Shown: positions 36,536 to 46,532, numbered from the stretch's first letter. The stretch is 64,000 nucleotides of DNA from Candidatus Woesearchaeota archaeon (GCA_046543005.1 JBKHAG010000002.1:551-64550), one strand, 5' to 3'. A program made the numbers and translations. The notes: generated from the sequence alone by a model not told the origin.

Positions 36536-36865
36536 CTAGTCTTCTTGTATGATACTGTCTTTTTCTTCTTTGAATGCAATGTATTCATAGGCTTTTTCTA
36601 ATGCTAAAATTGCTTTTGGAAGATCATTTACTCGTAAAGAATGAGAACTTTTCCAAGATCCGTCTTTATCTTTGTAATTTCTTTCCAAAGAAATTGTTCG
36701 AAACAGGCGAGGTGTTCCGTCTGAACTTGTTGTTTCATTCGCCCATACTGTCGCGTTGACAGGGCTTGCTCGAAAACTTTTTTCGGGCTTATTTTTTCCC
36801 ATATTTACTTCATTTTTTTCCATTGTGGTATCTCCTTGGTTATCCCATTTTATTTCACTTAACAA
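36536..36865 (-). CDS. Putative PC4/YdbC-like single-stranded nucleic-acid binding protein
   Basis: VNATVWANETT...LFRTISLERNYKDKDGSWKSSHSLRVNDLPKAI resembles the PC4-fold pattern. Stop is 3 nt from the radA start. Confidence 0.35.
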   Translation of the reverse strand: MLSEIKWDNQGDTTMEKNEVNMGKNKPEKSFRASPVNATVWANETTSSDGTPRLFRTISLERNYKDKDGSWKSSHSLRVNDLPKAILALEKAYEYIAFKEEKDSIIQED

Positions 36866-37147
36866 ATTCGTTTTGCCTATGAAGACAAATATTCATCATT
36901 TATCAAGGGAGTTAAAACCAATAAAATATACATATAGAATGTTCTTTATATAGGTTACGAGAGGCTGACCAGTGTGTCAACAGCATACAGGCATACGGTA
37001 AACAATATAGGGCAACATCAATTACGATCAAAATACAATAAACAATAAAAAACGCATAATAAAAAAATAGAAATAAGAAAAAGAAAATCCAACCGCTTTT
37101 TTGATTGTGTGCCTATGTAAGAGCAACAAAAAAGTTATTCTTGGCAA

Positions 37148-37453
37148 TTATTTTTTAGTAAGTTTTTGTACTCGTTTAGATTGTTGTTTTGGCTTAGCAG
37201 ATTTACTTTTTTTTGGTTTAGAAACAAAAATTTCTTTTTCTTCTAATGCTTTAGCAACAGTTTCTCGATCTGCACCTGAAGATATATCAACAGTCATTTC
37301 GAGAGGTTCTAAATGAGAAACATTACATTTTTTACGTCGCGTATCGCCTTCAATAAGCACATATGTATCATCAATTTTTTCAACAATAACACAGTATTTA
37401 CCAGCATCGCGACCAGCGAGTTTGACGCATACACGTCCAATTTCAAACATCAT
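37148..37453 (-). CDS. rpl14e: 50S ribosomal protein L14e (eL14)
   Basis: KOW motif GRVCVKLAGRDAGKYCVIVEKIDDTYVLIEG. Confidence 0.8.
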   Translation of the reverse strand: MMFEIGRVCVKLAGRDAGKYCVIVEKIDDTYVLIEGDTRRKKCNVSHLEPLEMTVDISSGADRETVAKALEEKEIFVSKPKKSKSAKPKQQSKRVQKLTKK

Positions 37454-37511
37454 TTTTTATTCTCCTTCTTTATAACATGGAAGGGGTCACCCGACTCTTC
37501 CAAGATGGTGT

Positions 37512-37787
37512 TTATTCGCCTTTATTTCGAGTGTCTGTTTTAATAACATCTCGAAGGCATCTACTACAAAGAACTCCACCGTACGGCCGCTCAGGTCGTT
37601 TTTGTGATTTAGTTAGCTTAGCAAATAAAGAAGCTCGAATTCGAGGGATTCCTTGAAGCTTTGCGCCACAACGACCACAATGTGCAACGTGAGGTTTTCT
37701 TTGCTTATAACGTCGGACGGTCTTACCACCAGGGGTCTTCACGTCTTTTCGACGAAGTGTTCTAGATCTATACATTCCTCTAGGCAT
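37512..37787 (-). CDS. rpl34e: 50S ribosomal protein L34e (eL34)
   Basis: MPRGMYRSRTLRRKDVKTPGGKTV...CGRCGAKL...CSRC zinc-binding pattern. Confidence 0.85.
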   Translation of the reverse strand: MPRGMYRSRTLRRKDVKTPGGKTVRRYKQRKPHVAHCGRCGAKLQGIPRIRASLFAKLTKSQKRPERPYGGVLCSRCLRDVIKTDTRNKGE

Positions 37788-37945
37788 TGTAATTACCACT
37801 TATAGTCAAACCTACAAGGTTTAACTATGGTTTTTGTAAAATGCAGAAACATTACACTCTTTATAAAGGTGTGGATTAAAAAAGAAAAAGAAGCTGTAAA
37901 AACAAAATATTTAAAAAAATAAACACCAACAACAAATACACTTAT

Positions 37946-38437
37946 TTGGTGAAACTTATGGAACATATTAAACAAGATTTAAAAATTTTAGATAAAGAAT
38001 TCAAAAATGTTTTTGAAATTGAAAAAAAAGAACATGAACAAGAGTTTTTAAGAACAGCAAATGTTGGTATACAACGAGTTATTTCTAAAAATATTTATTC
38101 AGGCAAGGAACTCATCAAATTCTTAGAAGACGCAAATCATCGAATTCACGAAGCACACCAAAACGATGAAGATTTCAAATATAAAGAACTTGGCGTAGCA
38201 CTTGGTGAATGTATAGGTGTCTTAGAAGTAATGATCAAAAGAGGCTGGCAAGAAAAATTCTATAACGAATGCGTAAAATGGTTTGCTGAAATTAAAAAAA
38301 CACTTAATAAACACGAACATCACGTGAGCACCAAGGCTATTGAAAAACGAGTTTTACAATTAGTTCGTCAACACAACGAACTTCGTCCTGAATTAAAAAA
38401 CGCATTAAAACAAATTGCAAAACTATACGCAAAATAA
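37946..38437 (+). CDS. Hypothetical alpha-helical protein
   Basis: ORF only; the sole plus-strand gene inside a minus-strand block. Confidence 0.35.
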   Translation: MVKLMEHIKQDLKILDKEFKNVFEIEKKEHEQEFLRTANVGIQRVISKNIYSGKELIKFLEDANHRIHEAHQNDEDFKYKELGVALGECIGVLEVMIKRGWQEKFYNECVKWFAEIKKTLNKHEHHVSTKAIEKRVLQLVRQHNELRPELKNALKQIAKLYAK

Positions 38438-38544
38438 AAAAGTAAAACCAACCTATAAATAAGTTTTCTTTTTATATTTTTCTTTAAAAAAAAAAAAAAC
38501 ATAAAAAATTAACAAATAAAAAGAACCAAAAAAGGCCCCTATAA

Positions 38545-39354
38545 TTAAGCCAATTTTAATAATTTCTTCAAACCTAATGAAAAACCTATTGCGAAAAGGA
38601 AGTATATACCAAACCAGCCCCATTTTTTAATAATAGGGAAGTGTTCTAAAAAAGGAACACCTTCTAATATAATAAGTTTTTTAAGACCAACAGATGCTTG
38701 TGAGAAAACCTCTGAGTTTTCAGCCAAAGTAATAGGTTCAATATATCTTTGATTTTTTGTTACCAAAACATCGACAAAAAGCTCTTCACCACTAGCCTCG
38801 TCTATAAATGTTAATGTATAATCCCCTGATACGTTTGCTGCTTGAACTTGCCACGTTCCAATTGCAGGCGAATCTTGTAAAGGAGATAAGTATTTTGTTT
38901 GATTAGATACAATTGTAAACCCTTCAGGAACATCTAAAGTAATGTTACCTGAAACGCCCTCTTGAAGTTGGGTGCTTACATTAACAGTTGATTGAGGAAG
39001 TAAAGGCATAAATGCTAAGTTTACACTTAACCAACCAAAAAAAAGAATAATAGGTAGGAAAGTAAAAAGTGTTGAACGAAATGAAGATTTCATAAACTTA
39101 CCGTTCATCTTCATCATATCTTTTTGCATTTTCATTGCTTTGTCTTTTTTTCCTTCCTTGGAAAGCTGCGTTGCTTTTTTTTGCAAACGCTTCATATCTG
39201 CTTTAAGAGATTTAAGTTTTTCTTGATTTGTCGTATATTTGTAAATAATAGTAGTTAGTAAAGAAATAAATAAACTAACAATAAATAGTGTTGCAAAGGG
39301 ACCCCACTGTAAAAGTGGCCTAAGAATCGGATCTAAAAATGCTGAAAGTGCCAT
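38545..39354 (-). CDS. DUF106-family membrane protein (archaeal YidC/Oxa1/EMC3-like insertase homolog) with an extra C-proximal domain
   Basis: TM1, then K/M-rich coiled coil KADMKRLQKK...MKMQKDMMKMNGKFMKSSFRSTLFTFLPIILFFGWL, matching the DUF106 pattern. Sits next to secY. Confidence 0.65.
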   Translation of the reverse strand: MALSAFLDPILRPLLQWGPFATLFIVSLFISLLTTIIYKYTTNQEKLKSLKADMKRLQKKATQLSKEGKKDKAMKMQKDMMKMNGKFMKSSFRSTLFTFLPIILFFGWLSVNLAFMPLLPQSTVNVSTQLQEGVSGNITLDVPEGFTIVSNQTKYLSPLQDSPAIGTWQVQAANVSGDYTLTFIDEASGEELFVDVLVTKNQRYIEPITLAENSEVFSQASVGLKKLIILEGVPFLEHFPIIKKWGWFGIYFLFAIGFSLGLKKLLKLA

Positions 39355-39394
39355 AGTGTTACCTCAAATAAGTAAAAATAAAAATGAATGGCAA

Positions 39395-40720
39395 TTATTT
39401 TGCCATCATTTTACGAAGAGCCGGATTCATGTCTTCCATGTGTTGTTTTCCGATTTCTTCATATAATTTGTAAATAATCATTACTGTAAGTAATAATCCT
39501 GTTCCGCTACCAAATGCGCCAGTCATATCAGCAATCGCTGCTAAAAAACCTATGAAAAGACCACCCATAATAGTTAAAGGATAAATATATCGTTTTAAAA
39601 GTCGTTCTAATACTCGACCATCTTTTCTAAAACCAGGAATTTGTAAACCTGAAGACATCATCTGACGAGCTTGACTTTTTGGATCAAGGCCAGATGTTTG
39701 CATCCAAAACCAACTAAATAATGCTGCAAGACCCATATAAAATAGTAAATACGTTCCTGCTTGAACAAACATTATTGGTGTTGTTGATCCGGAGGCAATA
39801 TGTGTAAATAAATTATTATTTGTTAAAAAAGGAACAATATTTGCAAGGACTTTACTGTTTAAAAGTTCTGCAAACAATTGCAAATTAGATACTAACGCAG
39901 AAACTAAAATAATTGGAATAACATTCGTATAGACAAAATTAAGAGGCCAACGAATTCCATGACCTCGTATTCTTCCAAAAGATAAAGGAATTTCTACTTT
40001 CATAGCTTGTGCAAATACTACTAAAGCAAATACACCCAAAGTAGCAATAAGAGCAAGCAAGGTTATTTTTACATCCACTATAGATCCAGTTGATAATGCT
40101 TGAAATAAATGAGGAATTGCTCCAACAAATGCTTCACCATTTTTTAATGGGCTAAATGCTTGAATAAATATTTGTTTTGAAACTCCCGCAGCGATAAATA
40201 AACTCACACCACTACCAAAACCCCATTTATTAATAATATCATCCATAAAAACAATAAGCAAACCACCAATGCAAATTTGAATAATAAGGACTATTGGCGA
40301 GATTCCCGCTTCAGGTGTTAACCCACCCAGCGCAACATAAATAATTGCTTCAAGAAGAATAAATCCATATGTGAGAATTTTTTGTGTTCCTTGAAACCAC
40401 GATTTCCCTTCAGTTGTTTGTAAATTTTTATTAATAATACCTGAACCTACTAATAACTGAAGCACAATAGATGCCATAACAATAGGACCAATACCTAAAG
40501 TTACAATAGAACCAAAACTCGCCCCCAAAACTAAAGAAAGGAATTCAAAATTTTGTAAAGCACCACCATCTCCAAGACCAAAAAGAGGTACAGTGCTTAA
40601 TACGAAAAATGTGAGAAGAACAAAAAAAGTCCATTTTAATTTTTCTTTAAAAGGAAGATTTTTTCTTAAAGGAGATTTTACTTCCGGAAGGAATTGCAAT
40701 AATTTTGTATAGCTACTCAT
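39395..40720 (-). CDS. secY: Preprotein translocase subunit SecY
   Basis: 10 TM helices, GIGPIVMASIVLQLLVGSGII motif, and position at the end of the r-protein cluster. Confidence 0.9.
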   Translation of the reverse strand: MSSYTKLLQFLPEVKSPLRKNLPFKEKLKWTFFVLLTFFVLSTVPLFGLGDGGALQNFEFLSLVLGASFGSIVTLGIGPIVMASIVLQLLVGSGIINKNLQTTEGKSWFQGTQKILTYGFILLEAIIYVALGGLTPEAGISPIVLIIQICIGGLLIVFMDDIINKWGFGSGVSLFIAAGVSKQIFIQAFSPLKNGEAFVGAIPHLFQALSTGSIVDVKITLLALIATLGVFALVVFAQAMKVEIPLSFGRIRGHGIRWPLNFVYTNVIPIILVSALVSNLQLFAELLNSKVLANIVPFLTNNNLFTHIASGSTTPIMFVQAGTYLLFYMGLAALFSWFWMQTSGLDPKSQARQMMSSGLQIPGFRKDGRVLERLLKRYIYPLTIMGGLFIGFLAAIADMTGAFGSGTGLLLTVMIIYKLYEEIGKQHMEDMNPALRKMMAK

Positions 40721-40849
40721 AGTATCACGTTACATCAATTATACCATACGCAAGTTGGTTTCTTTTATAAATATACCCAAAATGCTGGCAATATGTGCAA
40801 ATAAATTCAACACACCATATTATAATAAAAATAAAAATAAAATAAAAAA

Positions 40850-41302
40850 TTATTCTTCAGCAACAGGTTGTAATACTTTTCCACCTTGTGCTTCAATTTT
40901 TTTTACTGCGGATTCTGTGGCAGAGTCTACAACAATTTCATAAGTGAAAAGAGGCGAGCCTGTTCCTAAAAGTTTTTTAACTCCAATATCTGCTAAGTTT
41001 ATTTTATAAACATTAGACGATTCAACTGCTTTACCTTGAGCAACTAATTTCTTAATAGAAGAATTTAATTGAGATATGGTTGTTGTAGGAATAACTTTTC
41101 GTGCAGGATTCTTAAAACCATGTTTACCAACAAAATTTTTGATTTTCCAGTAAGAAGGTTTTTTTGCGTCTCCACGTTTTCCTGAACCAGCGTTTCCACG
41201 TCCACCACGACTACCTGCGCCTCGGTGTTTCTTTTTTTCACCAGTTCCGTGAGTCCAAGACCCTCGGTGTCGACTATTTTTTTTTCTGTGATTGAGAACC
41301 AT
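40850..41302 (-). CDS. rpl15: 50S ribosomal protein L15 (uL15)
   Basis: G/R-rich N-terminus HRGSWTHGTGEKKKHRGAGSRGGRGNAG. Cluster position. Confidence 0.85.
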   Translation of the reverse strand: MVLNHRKKNSRHRGSWTHGTGEKKKHRGAGSRGGRGNAGSGKRGDAKKPSYWKIKNFVGKHGFKNPARKVIPTTTISQLNSSIKKLVAQGKAVESSNVYKINLADIGVKKLLGTGSPLFTYEIVVDSATESAVKKIEAQGGKVLQPVAEE

Positions 41303-41310
41303 TTTGCCAC

Positions 41311-41682
41311 CTACATCATTTTTTGCAATAAAGAATCAATTCCTTGCTTTCGTTCTCCTAATGCGCCACCTTGAACTACAGATTTTTTAATACCTTTTCG
41401 TTCAAAGCCACCTATAGGAGGAGCTAAGAAAAATACTTCTTTTGCCTTTTCATTTTTGGAATTTGATCCTCTTTTTGCTTTAAGTTGAGCATATGTTTCT
41501 TGCAAAACAGGACCATATGTTGTAACGTTTTGAATTTTTTTAAGCATACCACGAATACTTGGAGTATCTTCAACAACGACACACGCGTGCTTTTTTTTCA
41601 GATTAAGCATTGCTAATGTATCTTTTGCGTCTTGTCTAATACCTACAAGTCCTCGAATAAGCACTACTGCGATTTTACTCAT
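41311..41682 (-). CDS. rpl30: 50S ribosomal protein L30 (uL30)
   Basis: MSKIAVVLIRGLVGIRQDAKDTLAMLNL. Start taken at the internal Met just past the S5 stop. Confidence 0.8.
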   Translation of the reverse strand: MSKIAVVLIRGLVGIRQDAKDTLAMLNLKKKHACVVVEDTPSIRGMLKKIQNVTTYGPVLQETYAQLKAKRGSNSKNEKAKEVFFLAPPIGGFERKGIKKSVVQGGALGERKQGIDSLLQKMM

Positions 41683-42478
41683 TTTGCTCGCCTCCTTTTT
41701 CAGAAGATTCTTTGGATTTGATAGTTTTATCAAAGCCTTCTGAAATTGCAAGTGTTTCTCTGTGTCCATCTTGAACATTAGTTGATGATAATTTACGCAA
41801 AGCTTGTACAGTTGCTTTAAAAACATTCATTTTGTTTTTCTTTTGACCAAAACTTTTAGACCATACGTTTTTGATTCCTGCTAAAGCTAAAATTTTTGCA
41901 ACTTCTTTATCACAAACTAAACCTTTACCTTTTGGAGCAGGTCGAAGAACAATTCGATACGAACCGCATTTACCTTCAACAGCAAAAGGAATGGAGTGAG
42001 GTTCTGTACTTGCATCAGCCCAAGAGCCTGTTCCTCGTCGTACCATTAACATATTAAGTTTAGCTTGACGAAATGCTTTTTCTCGCGCAGGAACTGTTTC
42101 CTGAGACATACCAAATCCTATACCTACGTGACCATTTCTATCGCCAACAACTGCAGCTGTTGTGAATTTTTGTTTATTACCTTCTCGAGTTTTCTTTTGA
42201 GTTTGACGAAATACTCGACGTTGTCCACCACCAAATTTACCTTTAGATTGACCAATTAAAAGTAATTCAGATTCTGTGTGAAGTAAAGCATCAATAATTT
42301 CAGATTCAAGAATTGGTTTACCAGCTCCTAAAATCGTATCAATATCTTTAATTTCTCCCGATTTAACTTGTTTTCCAAGAATTGTTTTTGGTTGCCAAGC
42401 ATCAAGAATTGATTGTCGTTTTTCTTGAGGTGATTGAGCAGGAGCTCTACTTTTTCGGTTGTCTTGTTGTTTTACCAT
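41675..42478 (-). CDS. rps5: 30S ribosomal protein S5 (uS5)
   Basis: GKFGGGQRRVFRQTQ...AAVVGDRNGHVGIGFGMSQETVPA. Confidence 0.9.
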   Translation of the reverse strand: MVKQQDNRKSRAPAQSPQEKRQSILDAWQPKTILGKQVKSGEIKDIDTILGAGKPILESEIIDALLHTESELLLIGQSKGKFGGGQRRVFRQTQKKTREGNKQKFTTAAVVGDRNGHVGIGFGMSQETVPAREKAFRQAKLNMLMVRRGTGSWADASTEPHSIPFAVEGKCGSYRIVLRPAPKGKGLVCDKEVAKILALAGIKNVWSKSFGQKKNKMNVFKATVQALRKLSSTNVQDGHRETLAISEGFDKTIKSKESSEKGGEQNE

Positions 42479-42480
42479 TC

Positions 42481-43044
42481 TTATTCACCATCACCTACAA
42501 GAGCTTTTTTTAGCTCTTGAACTTTGTTAGGAATATCTTTGTGAGAAAGATTTTTCTTCTTATAACCAGTTGCTATTTCACTTAAAGCATCCCATGACGC
42601 TATGTGTTTTCCAAATAGTCTATCTTCGCTAGGAAATACTTCTTCAGAAATAGGAATGCTTACACCTGCATCAATAACACCTTTAATTGCTGCGTAAAGA
42701 CGTCCTCCTTTTTTAGGAAGTTGTAAGCCTAAATCAACAATTGCTTCAGAAATATTTTTCTTTACAGCAATTGCACCTAATTCTAAACCAGCAACATAAG
42801 ATGCAGGAATAGAATTGCAAGAATAATCCCATCCTTTTTTTGATAAAGATAAAGAATTAAATGTTGCAATTACTTTATCACCATCAGGTAGATAGTCTAT
42901 TAACTGTAATTGAATAGAAGAGTTAGATTTTCGAACTACTAATCTATGTTTATTTCCTTTAAGAAGATCTAAACGTTTTTTGTAATTCGTTTTACCCTGT
43001 CTTTTTCTACGATAAGGAATTGTATGTATTGCGTTAGATGCCAT
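42481..43044 (-). CDS. rpl18: 50S ribosomal protein L18 (uL18)
   Basis: IPYRRKRQGKTNYKKRLDLLKGNKHRLVVRKSN. Confidence 0.9.
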   Translation of the reverse strand: MASNAIHTIPYRRKRQGKTNYKKRLDLLKGNKHRLVVRKSNSSIQLQLIDYLPDGDKVIATFNSLSLSKKGWDYSCNSIPASYVAGLELGAIAVKKNISEAIVDLGLQLPKKGGRLYAAIKGVIDAGVSIPISEEVFPSEDRLFGKHIASWDALSEIATGYKKKNLSHKDIPNKVQELKKALVGDGE

Positions 43045-43046
43045 TT

Positions 43047-43499
43047 TTATTTTTTTTGCACCATATCGTGCTCTTCAATGTAAACTTTGATGTGACGTTT
43101 GTTACGGAAAAATCCTCCTTTGGATTTTTTATACAAAGCAACATAATCTTCTTGATTAAGAAGATTCTTTGATTTAAGCTCTTGTAAAAATGTTCGTTGA
43201 GTTCGAATTTTTACCATCCAAGAAGTTTTCTTGGGAACAAGAGCAGTTTTCTTACCTTTCTTTTTACCAGGCCCTCTTTGAAGACCTTTTCGACGTTGAT
43301 TAGCTCGATGTTTTGCTCGTACTCGAGAAACACCTGTAGCTTGTTTTTTTACAATAATGCCTTCGCCTACAAGACCTTTAATATCTGCGCGAGTTATTGC
43401 TTCTTTAATGTCAGCACTTCTGTCAGCTGCTAAATGAACACGTTTTGGTGAACATTTCAACACATCAGCTGCTAAACGTTTTTGAACTGAAAGTTTCAT
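43047..43499 (-). CDS. rpl19e: 50S ribosomal protein L19e (eL19)
   Basis: MKLSVQKRLAADVLKCSPKRVHL. Confidence 0.9.
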   Translation of the reverse strand: MKLSVQKRLAADVLKCSPKRVHLAADRSADIKEAITRADIKGLVGEGIIVKKQATGVSRVRAKHRANQRRKGLQRGPGKKKGKKTALVPKKTSWMVKIRTQRTFLQELKSKNLLNQEDYVALYKKSKGGFFRNKRHIKVYIEEHDMVQKK

Positions 43500-44089
43500 T
43501 GAGCTTCACCTTTTTCTACAAGAAGTTTATCATGTTCTTTTTTTTCTTGAACTTTTTTTTCTTCATCAGAAAGTTCTTTTTTATCTTCTTTTGTAGTTTC
43601 TTTTGTGGAATCTTTTTTGGAAGATTTCTTTTTATCACGAGCTTGTTTTCTTTTTTCTAATCGTTTTTTCTCTTGAGCTTTTTTTGCTAACCTTTCTTCA
43701 ACAGATTTTTTGAAACGATCAACATCAAATTCAAGAATTGTGAATCCTTTTTCTTGAGCGTAAGCGATTAAATCAAGTTTTTTCTTAGCGCCAAGTGTTC
43801 GTGAAAAAATAATTCCATTTTTTTTAACATCCAACATGTCAATGTCTTTTTTTGTTAAAATAACAGATTTAATTAAACCTTGAGCAGATAATCCTTTAAC
43901 TCCAAGAGGAGAACCATATCCTGTTGAACGTGCACGAGCGTAACCTTTCATACCAAGTCGCATTTTATTTTGACGTCCTTTAGGTCGTCTCCATGTTTTT
44001 GAAACTCGAGATTTTTTATGAGCATCATGACGAATAAAAGTAGGTTTTTTTGCTTTGAGTTTTTTTCGTAATTCAAGTAATGAGTTCAT
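43496..44089 (-). CDS. rpl32e: 50S ribosomal protein L32e (eL32) with a K/E-rich C-terminal extension
   Basis: KPTFIRHDAHKKSRVSKTWRRPKGRQNKMR. Confidence 0.85.
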   Translation of the reverse strand: MNSLLELRKKLKAKKPTFIRHDAHKKSRVSKTWRRPKGRQNKMRLGMKGYARARSTGYGSPLGVKGLSAQGLIKSVILTKKDIDMLDVKKNGIIFSRTLGAKKKLDLIAYAQEKGFTILEFDVDRFKKSVEERLAKKAQEKKRLEKRKQARDKKKSSKKDSTKETTKEDKKELSDEEKKVQEKKEHDKLLVEKGEAQ

Positions 44090-44103
44090 TTTTAATCACC
44101 TAT

Positions 44104-44658
44104 CTAAAAAGACTTACCATCTTTACTAATGATATAAATACCATCTTGAAAGTTACGTCTATCAAAACCATTTCGACGAGTTGCTTTTTCAATGGTTGCT
44201 GCTGTTTGTGAAACTAATTCTTTATCAATGCCGTTAAGATGTATTTTATCACCATTAACTTTAACAGTTACACCTTCTTTAATGGCTACTTTTCGAGGAA
44301 CAACTTCGCCAATAAAATTTTTGATCTCAAGAACATTACCTTTTAAACTTACGTTCATAGGGAAATGACCTGAACAAATTTTAAGTTCGTAGTCGTGACC
44401 TTCACTTACACCTTTACACATATTTTTTACGTGAGCAGCGTATGTTTTTAGCAATTTTTTTGATTGTAAACCACAATTTTTAGAAGAAAATTCAATTCCT
44501 TCATCGGTTTTTTTAAGTTCAATAATTGGGTGTGTAAATGAACGAGTAAGTGTTCCTTTTTCTCCTTTAACACTAAGAGTTGATGTATCCGTATCAATAG
44601 AAGCTTCAACACCTTCAGGGAATACAACAAGTTGTGTGGATATTTTTTCTTCTGACAT
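44104..44658 (-). CDS. rpl6: 50S ribosomal protein L6 (uL6)
   Basis: Two-domain L6 pattern. Cluster position. Start taken at the internal Met. Confidence 0.85.
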   Translation of the reverse strand: MSEEKISTQLVVFPEGVEASIDTDTSTLSVKGEKGTLTRSFTHPIIELKKTDEGIEFSSKNCGLQSKKLLKTYAAHVKNMCKGVSEGHDYELKICSGHFPMNVSLKGNVLEIKNFIGEVVPRKVAIKEGVTVKVNGDKIHLNGIDKELVSQTAATIEKATRRNGFDRRNFQDGIYIISKDGKSF

Positions 44659-44666
44659 TTTAGCAC

Positions 44667-45068
44667 CTAGTAACAATAACTAATTAGTCTTCCACCAATA
44701 CCTAAATCTTTAGCTTTGGTATGAATCATAAGACCTTTATTTGTTGAAACGAGTAAAAATCCAAAACCTTTTGCAGGTAAAAATCGCTTTTCGAATTTTT
44801 CAAAATCGTCGATTTGGATTGCAAAACGTGGTTTAATTACACCACATTTGTTAAGAGATGTGTTAATTTTTACTACACAATAATCTCCTCGTTGGTCATT
44901 TACTACCTGCACATCATCTAAATAACCAACTTCTTTCATAATTAAAAGAGTATTTATTACCAAGCTACCGCCTTGATTGGTTGTAACTGTAAGATTACCT
45001 ACTTTGATTGCATTATTGAGTTGTGAAAGGACATTTGCTAATGGATCGTTGAGTGTCATAATATTCAC
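44667..45068 (-). CDS. rps8: 30S ribosomal protein S8 (uS8)
   Basis: TLNDPLANVLSQLNNA. Confidence 0.9.
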   Translation of the reverse strand: MNIMTLNDPLANVLSQLNNAIKVGNLTVTTNQGGSLVINTLLIMKEVGYLDDVQVVNDQRGDYCVVKINTSLNKCGVIKPRFAIQIDDFEKFEKRFLPAKGFGFLLVSTNKGLMIHTKAKDLGIGGRLISYCY

Positions 45069-45323
45069 CTAATTAAATTTTTTAAAGCCTAATTCGGAGG
45101 CGTTATCACGAAAGCATTGTCGACAAATTGAAAGAGCATATTTTGAAATATGACCTCCTGTTCGGCCGCAAATAGCGCATTTTTTTGTTGATTCACCAAA
45201 TGCTCGCTCTCGTGGTGTATTGTGTTTAAGCCACTTTTGATATTTTCCTGGTTTTTTTTCCAGTTGAACTAAAACTTTTTTATGATCAGATGTAGTCATT
45301 TTATTCCTCCAATACAACACCAA
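45069..45323 (-). CDS. rps14: 30S ribosomal protein S14 type Z (uS14)
   Basis: CAICGRTGGHISKYALSICRQCFR zinc motif. Confidence 0.85.
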   Translation of the reverse strand: MVLYWRNKMTTSDHKKVLVQLEKKPGKYQKWLKHNTPRERAFGESTKKCAICGRTGGHISKYALSICRQCFRDNASELGFKKFN

Positions 45324-45813
45324 ACGTGGTTTTTAGATAATCAATTGCTTCTTCTTTGCTAATTTGATGTGATTTTCCAATTTTTGCTTTTTTGAGTTTT
45401 CGTTTTTTTACTCTAAACCCTGGCCGGGTAAGAGTAACTGAAATTTGTAAACCCAAAATACCTATTTCGGTATCGTATTTTACTCCAGGAATATCAACGT
45501 ATTCATGAATTCCAAAAGAGAGATTACCATAATTATCAAACCAAGAAGGTTTAATTTTATTTTCTTTAGCTCGAAGTAAACGTTGAACTAGATCTACAGT
45601 TTTTTCTTCATCTCGAAGAGTTATTTTTGTACCAATAGGTAAACCTGGTCGAAGACCCCAAGCTGCTAATCGCTTGGTTGTAACAGTTCGCACTGGTTCA
45701 ATACCTGTGATGTTTTTAATAAGTTTAGTTGCTTTTTGCAACACTTTCTCATCACGGCCTGCACCAATATTAATGGTGAGCTTTTCGATTTTGATATTTT
45801 TCATTGCATTCAT
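45301..45813 (-). CDS. rpl5: 50S ribosomal protein L5 (uL5)
   Basis: KLTINIGAGRDEKVLQKATKLIKNITG. Start taken at the internal Met. Confidence 0.85.
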   Translation of the reverse strand: MNAMKNIKIEKLTINIGAGRDEKVLQKATKLIKNITGIEPVRTVTTKRLAAWGLRPGLPIGTKITLRDEEKTVDLVQRLLRAKENKIKPSWFDNYGNLSFGIHEYVDIPGVKYDTEIGILGLQISVTLTRPGFRVKKRKLKKAKIGKSHQISKEEAIDYLKTTFGVVLEE

Positions 45814-45841
45814 TTTACTGACCTTTCGTGTTTGTACAATC

Positions 45842-46531
45842 TCATAGTGTGATGATTGGCTTATCTTTACCAACAACTAAAGCGTATTTTCTTTTTGTTT
45901 GAAATACATCATCATTGGTTTTTACCACTATGTCAGATCCGTTAATTTCTTCAATACGTGCGATAGCACCTACGTGTCGTCCTGCTTGTAAAAGAATAGT
46001 TCCTCCTACTGCAAAAGGTAACACATCCACAATTTTTTGTGAAGGCACTTCAATATGTAATGAATCTCCAATATTGTATTTTTTAGCATCATCAACAATA
46101 ATACTTCGTGAATCAAGCGTAGTAAGTTGTGTTTTATTACCTTTAATAGTTAATTTTTTTACAACTTTACTTATTTTCATTGTAGCTTCCTTTTGAGAAA
46201 TTTCTACAGCTGCAAGTTTATTTTTTTTGTTGATAATAATTCTGTATTGTTTTTTTAATGAAGGAAAAGTAATCACATCAAAAAGGCCAACCGGTCGTTT
46301 ATCGTCATATACTGGTTTTCCATCAACAAAACATAATTTTTTATGTAAAACATATTTTGCTTCTTTATTTGATTTTACAACTTTTGCCATATCTCGCAAA
46401 AATACAGAAATTGAAATTTGAAAATGTAATTTATGAGCACCAGGATATGGTCGTTTTACAAAAGATAGTGTTTTCTTAGGTATGGGCCATGTATTTGGTG
46501 AAGCTAATCGTTTTAAATGTTGTTTTACCAT
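45842..46531 (-). CDS. rps4e: 30S ribosomal protein S4e (eS4)
   Basis: HLKRLASPNTWPIPKKTLSFVKRPYPGAHK. Confidence 0.9.
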   Translation of the reverse strand: MVKQHLKRLASPNTWPIPKKTLSFVKRPYPGAHKLHFQISISVFLRDMAKVVKSNKEAKYVLHKKLCFVDGKPVYDDKRPVGLFDVITFPSLKKQYRIIINKKNKLAAVEISQKEATMKISKVVKKLTIKGNKTQLTTLDSRSIIVDDAKKYNIGDSLHIEVPSQKIVDVLPFAVGGTILLQAGRHVGAIARIEEINGSDIVVKTNDDVFQTKRKYALVVGKDKPIITL

Positions 46532-46532
46532 T

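Noticed and set aside
41065-41310. 81-aa ORF overlapping the L15 gene, and 48368-48685 overlapping S3/L29.
   Set aside because: They lie in alternative frames of conserved ribosomal protein genes, so they are spurious.
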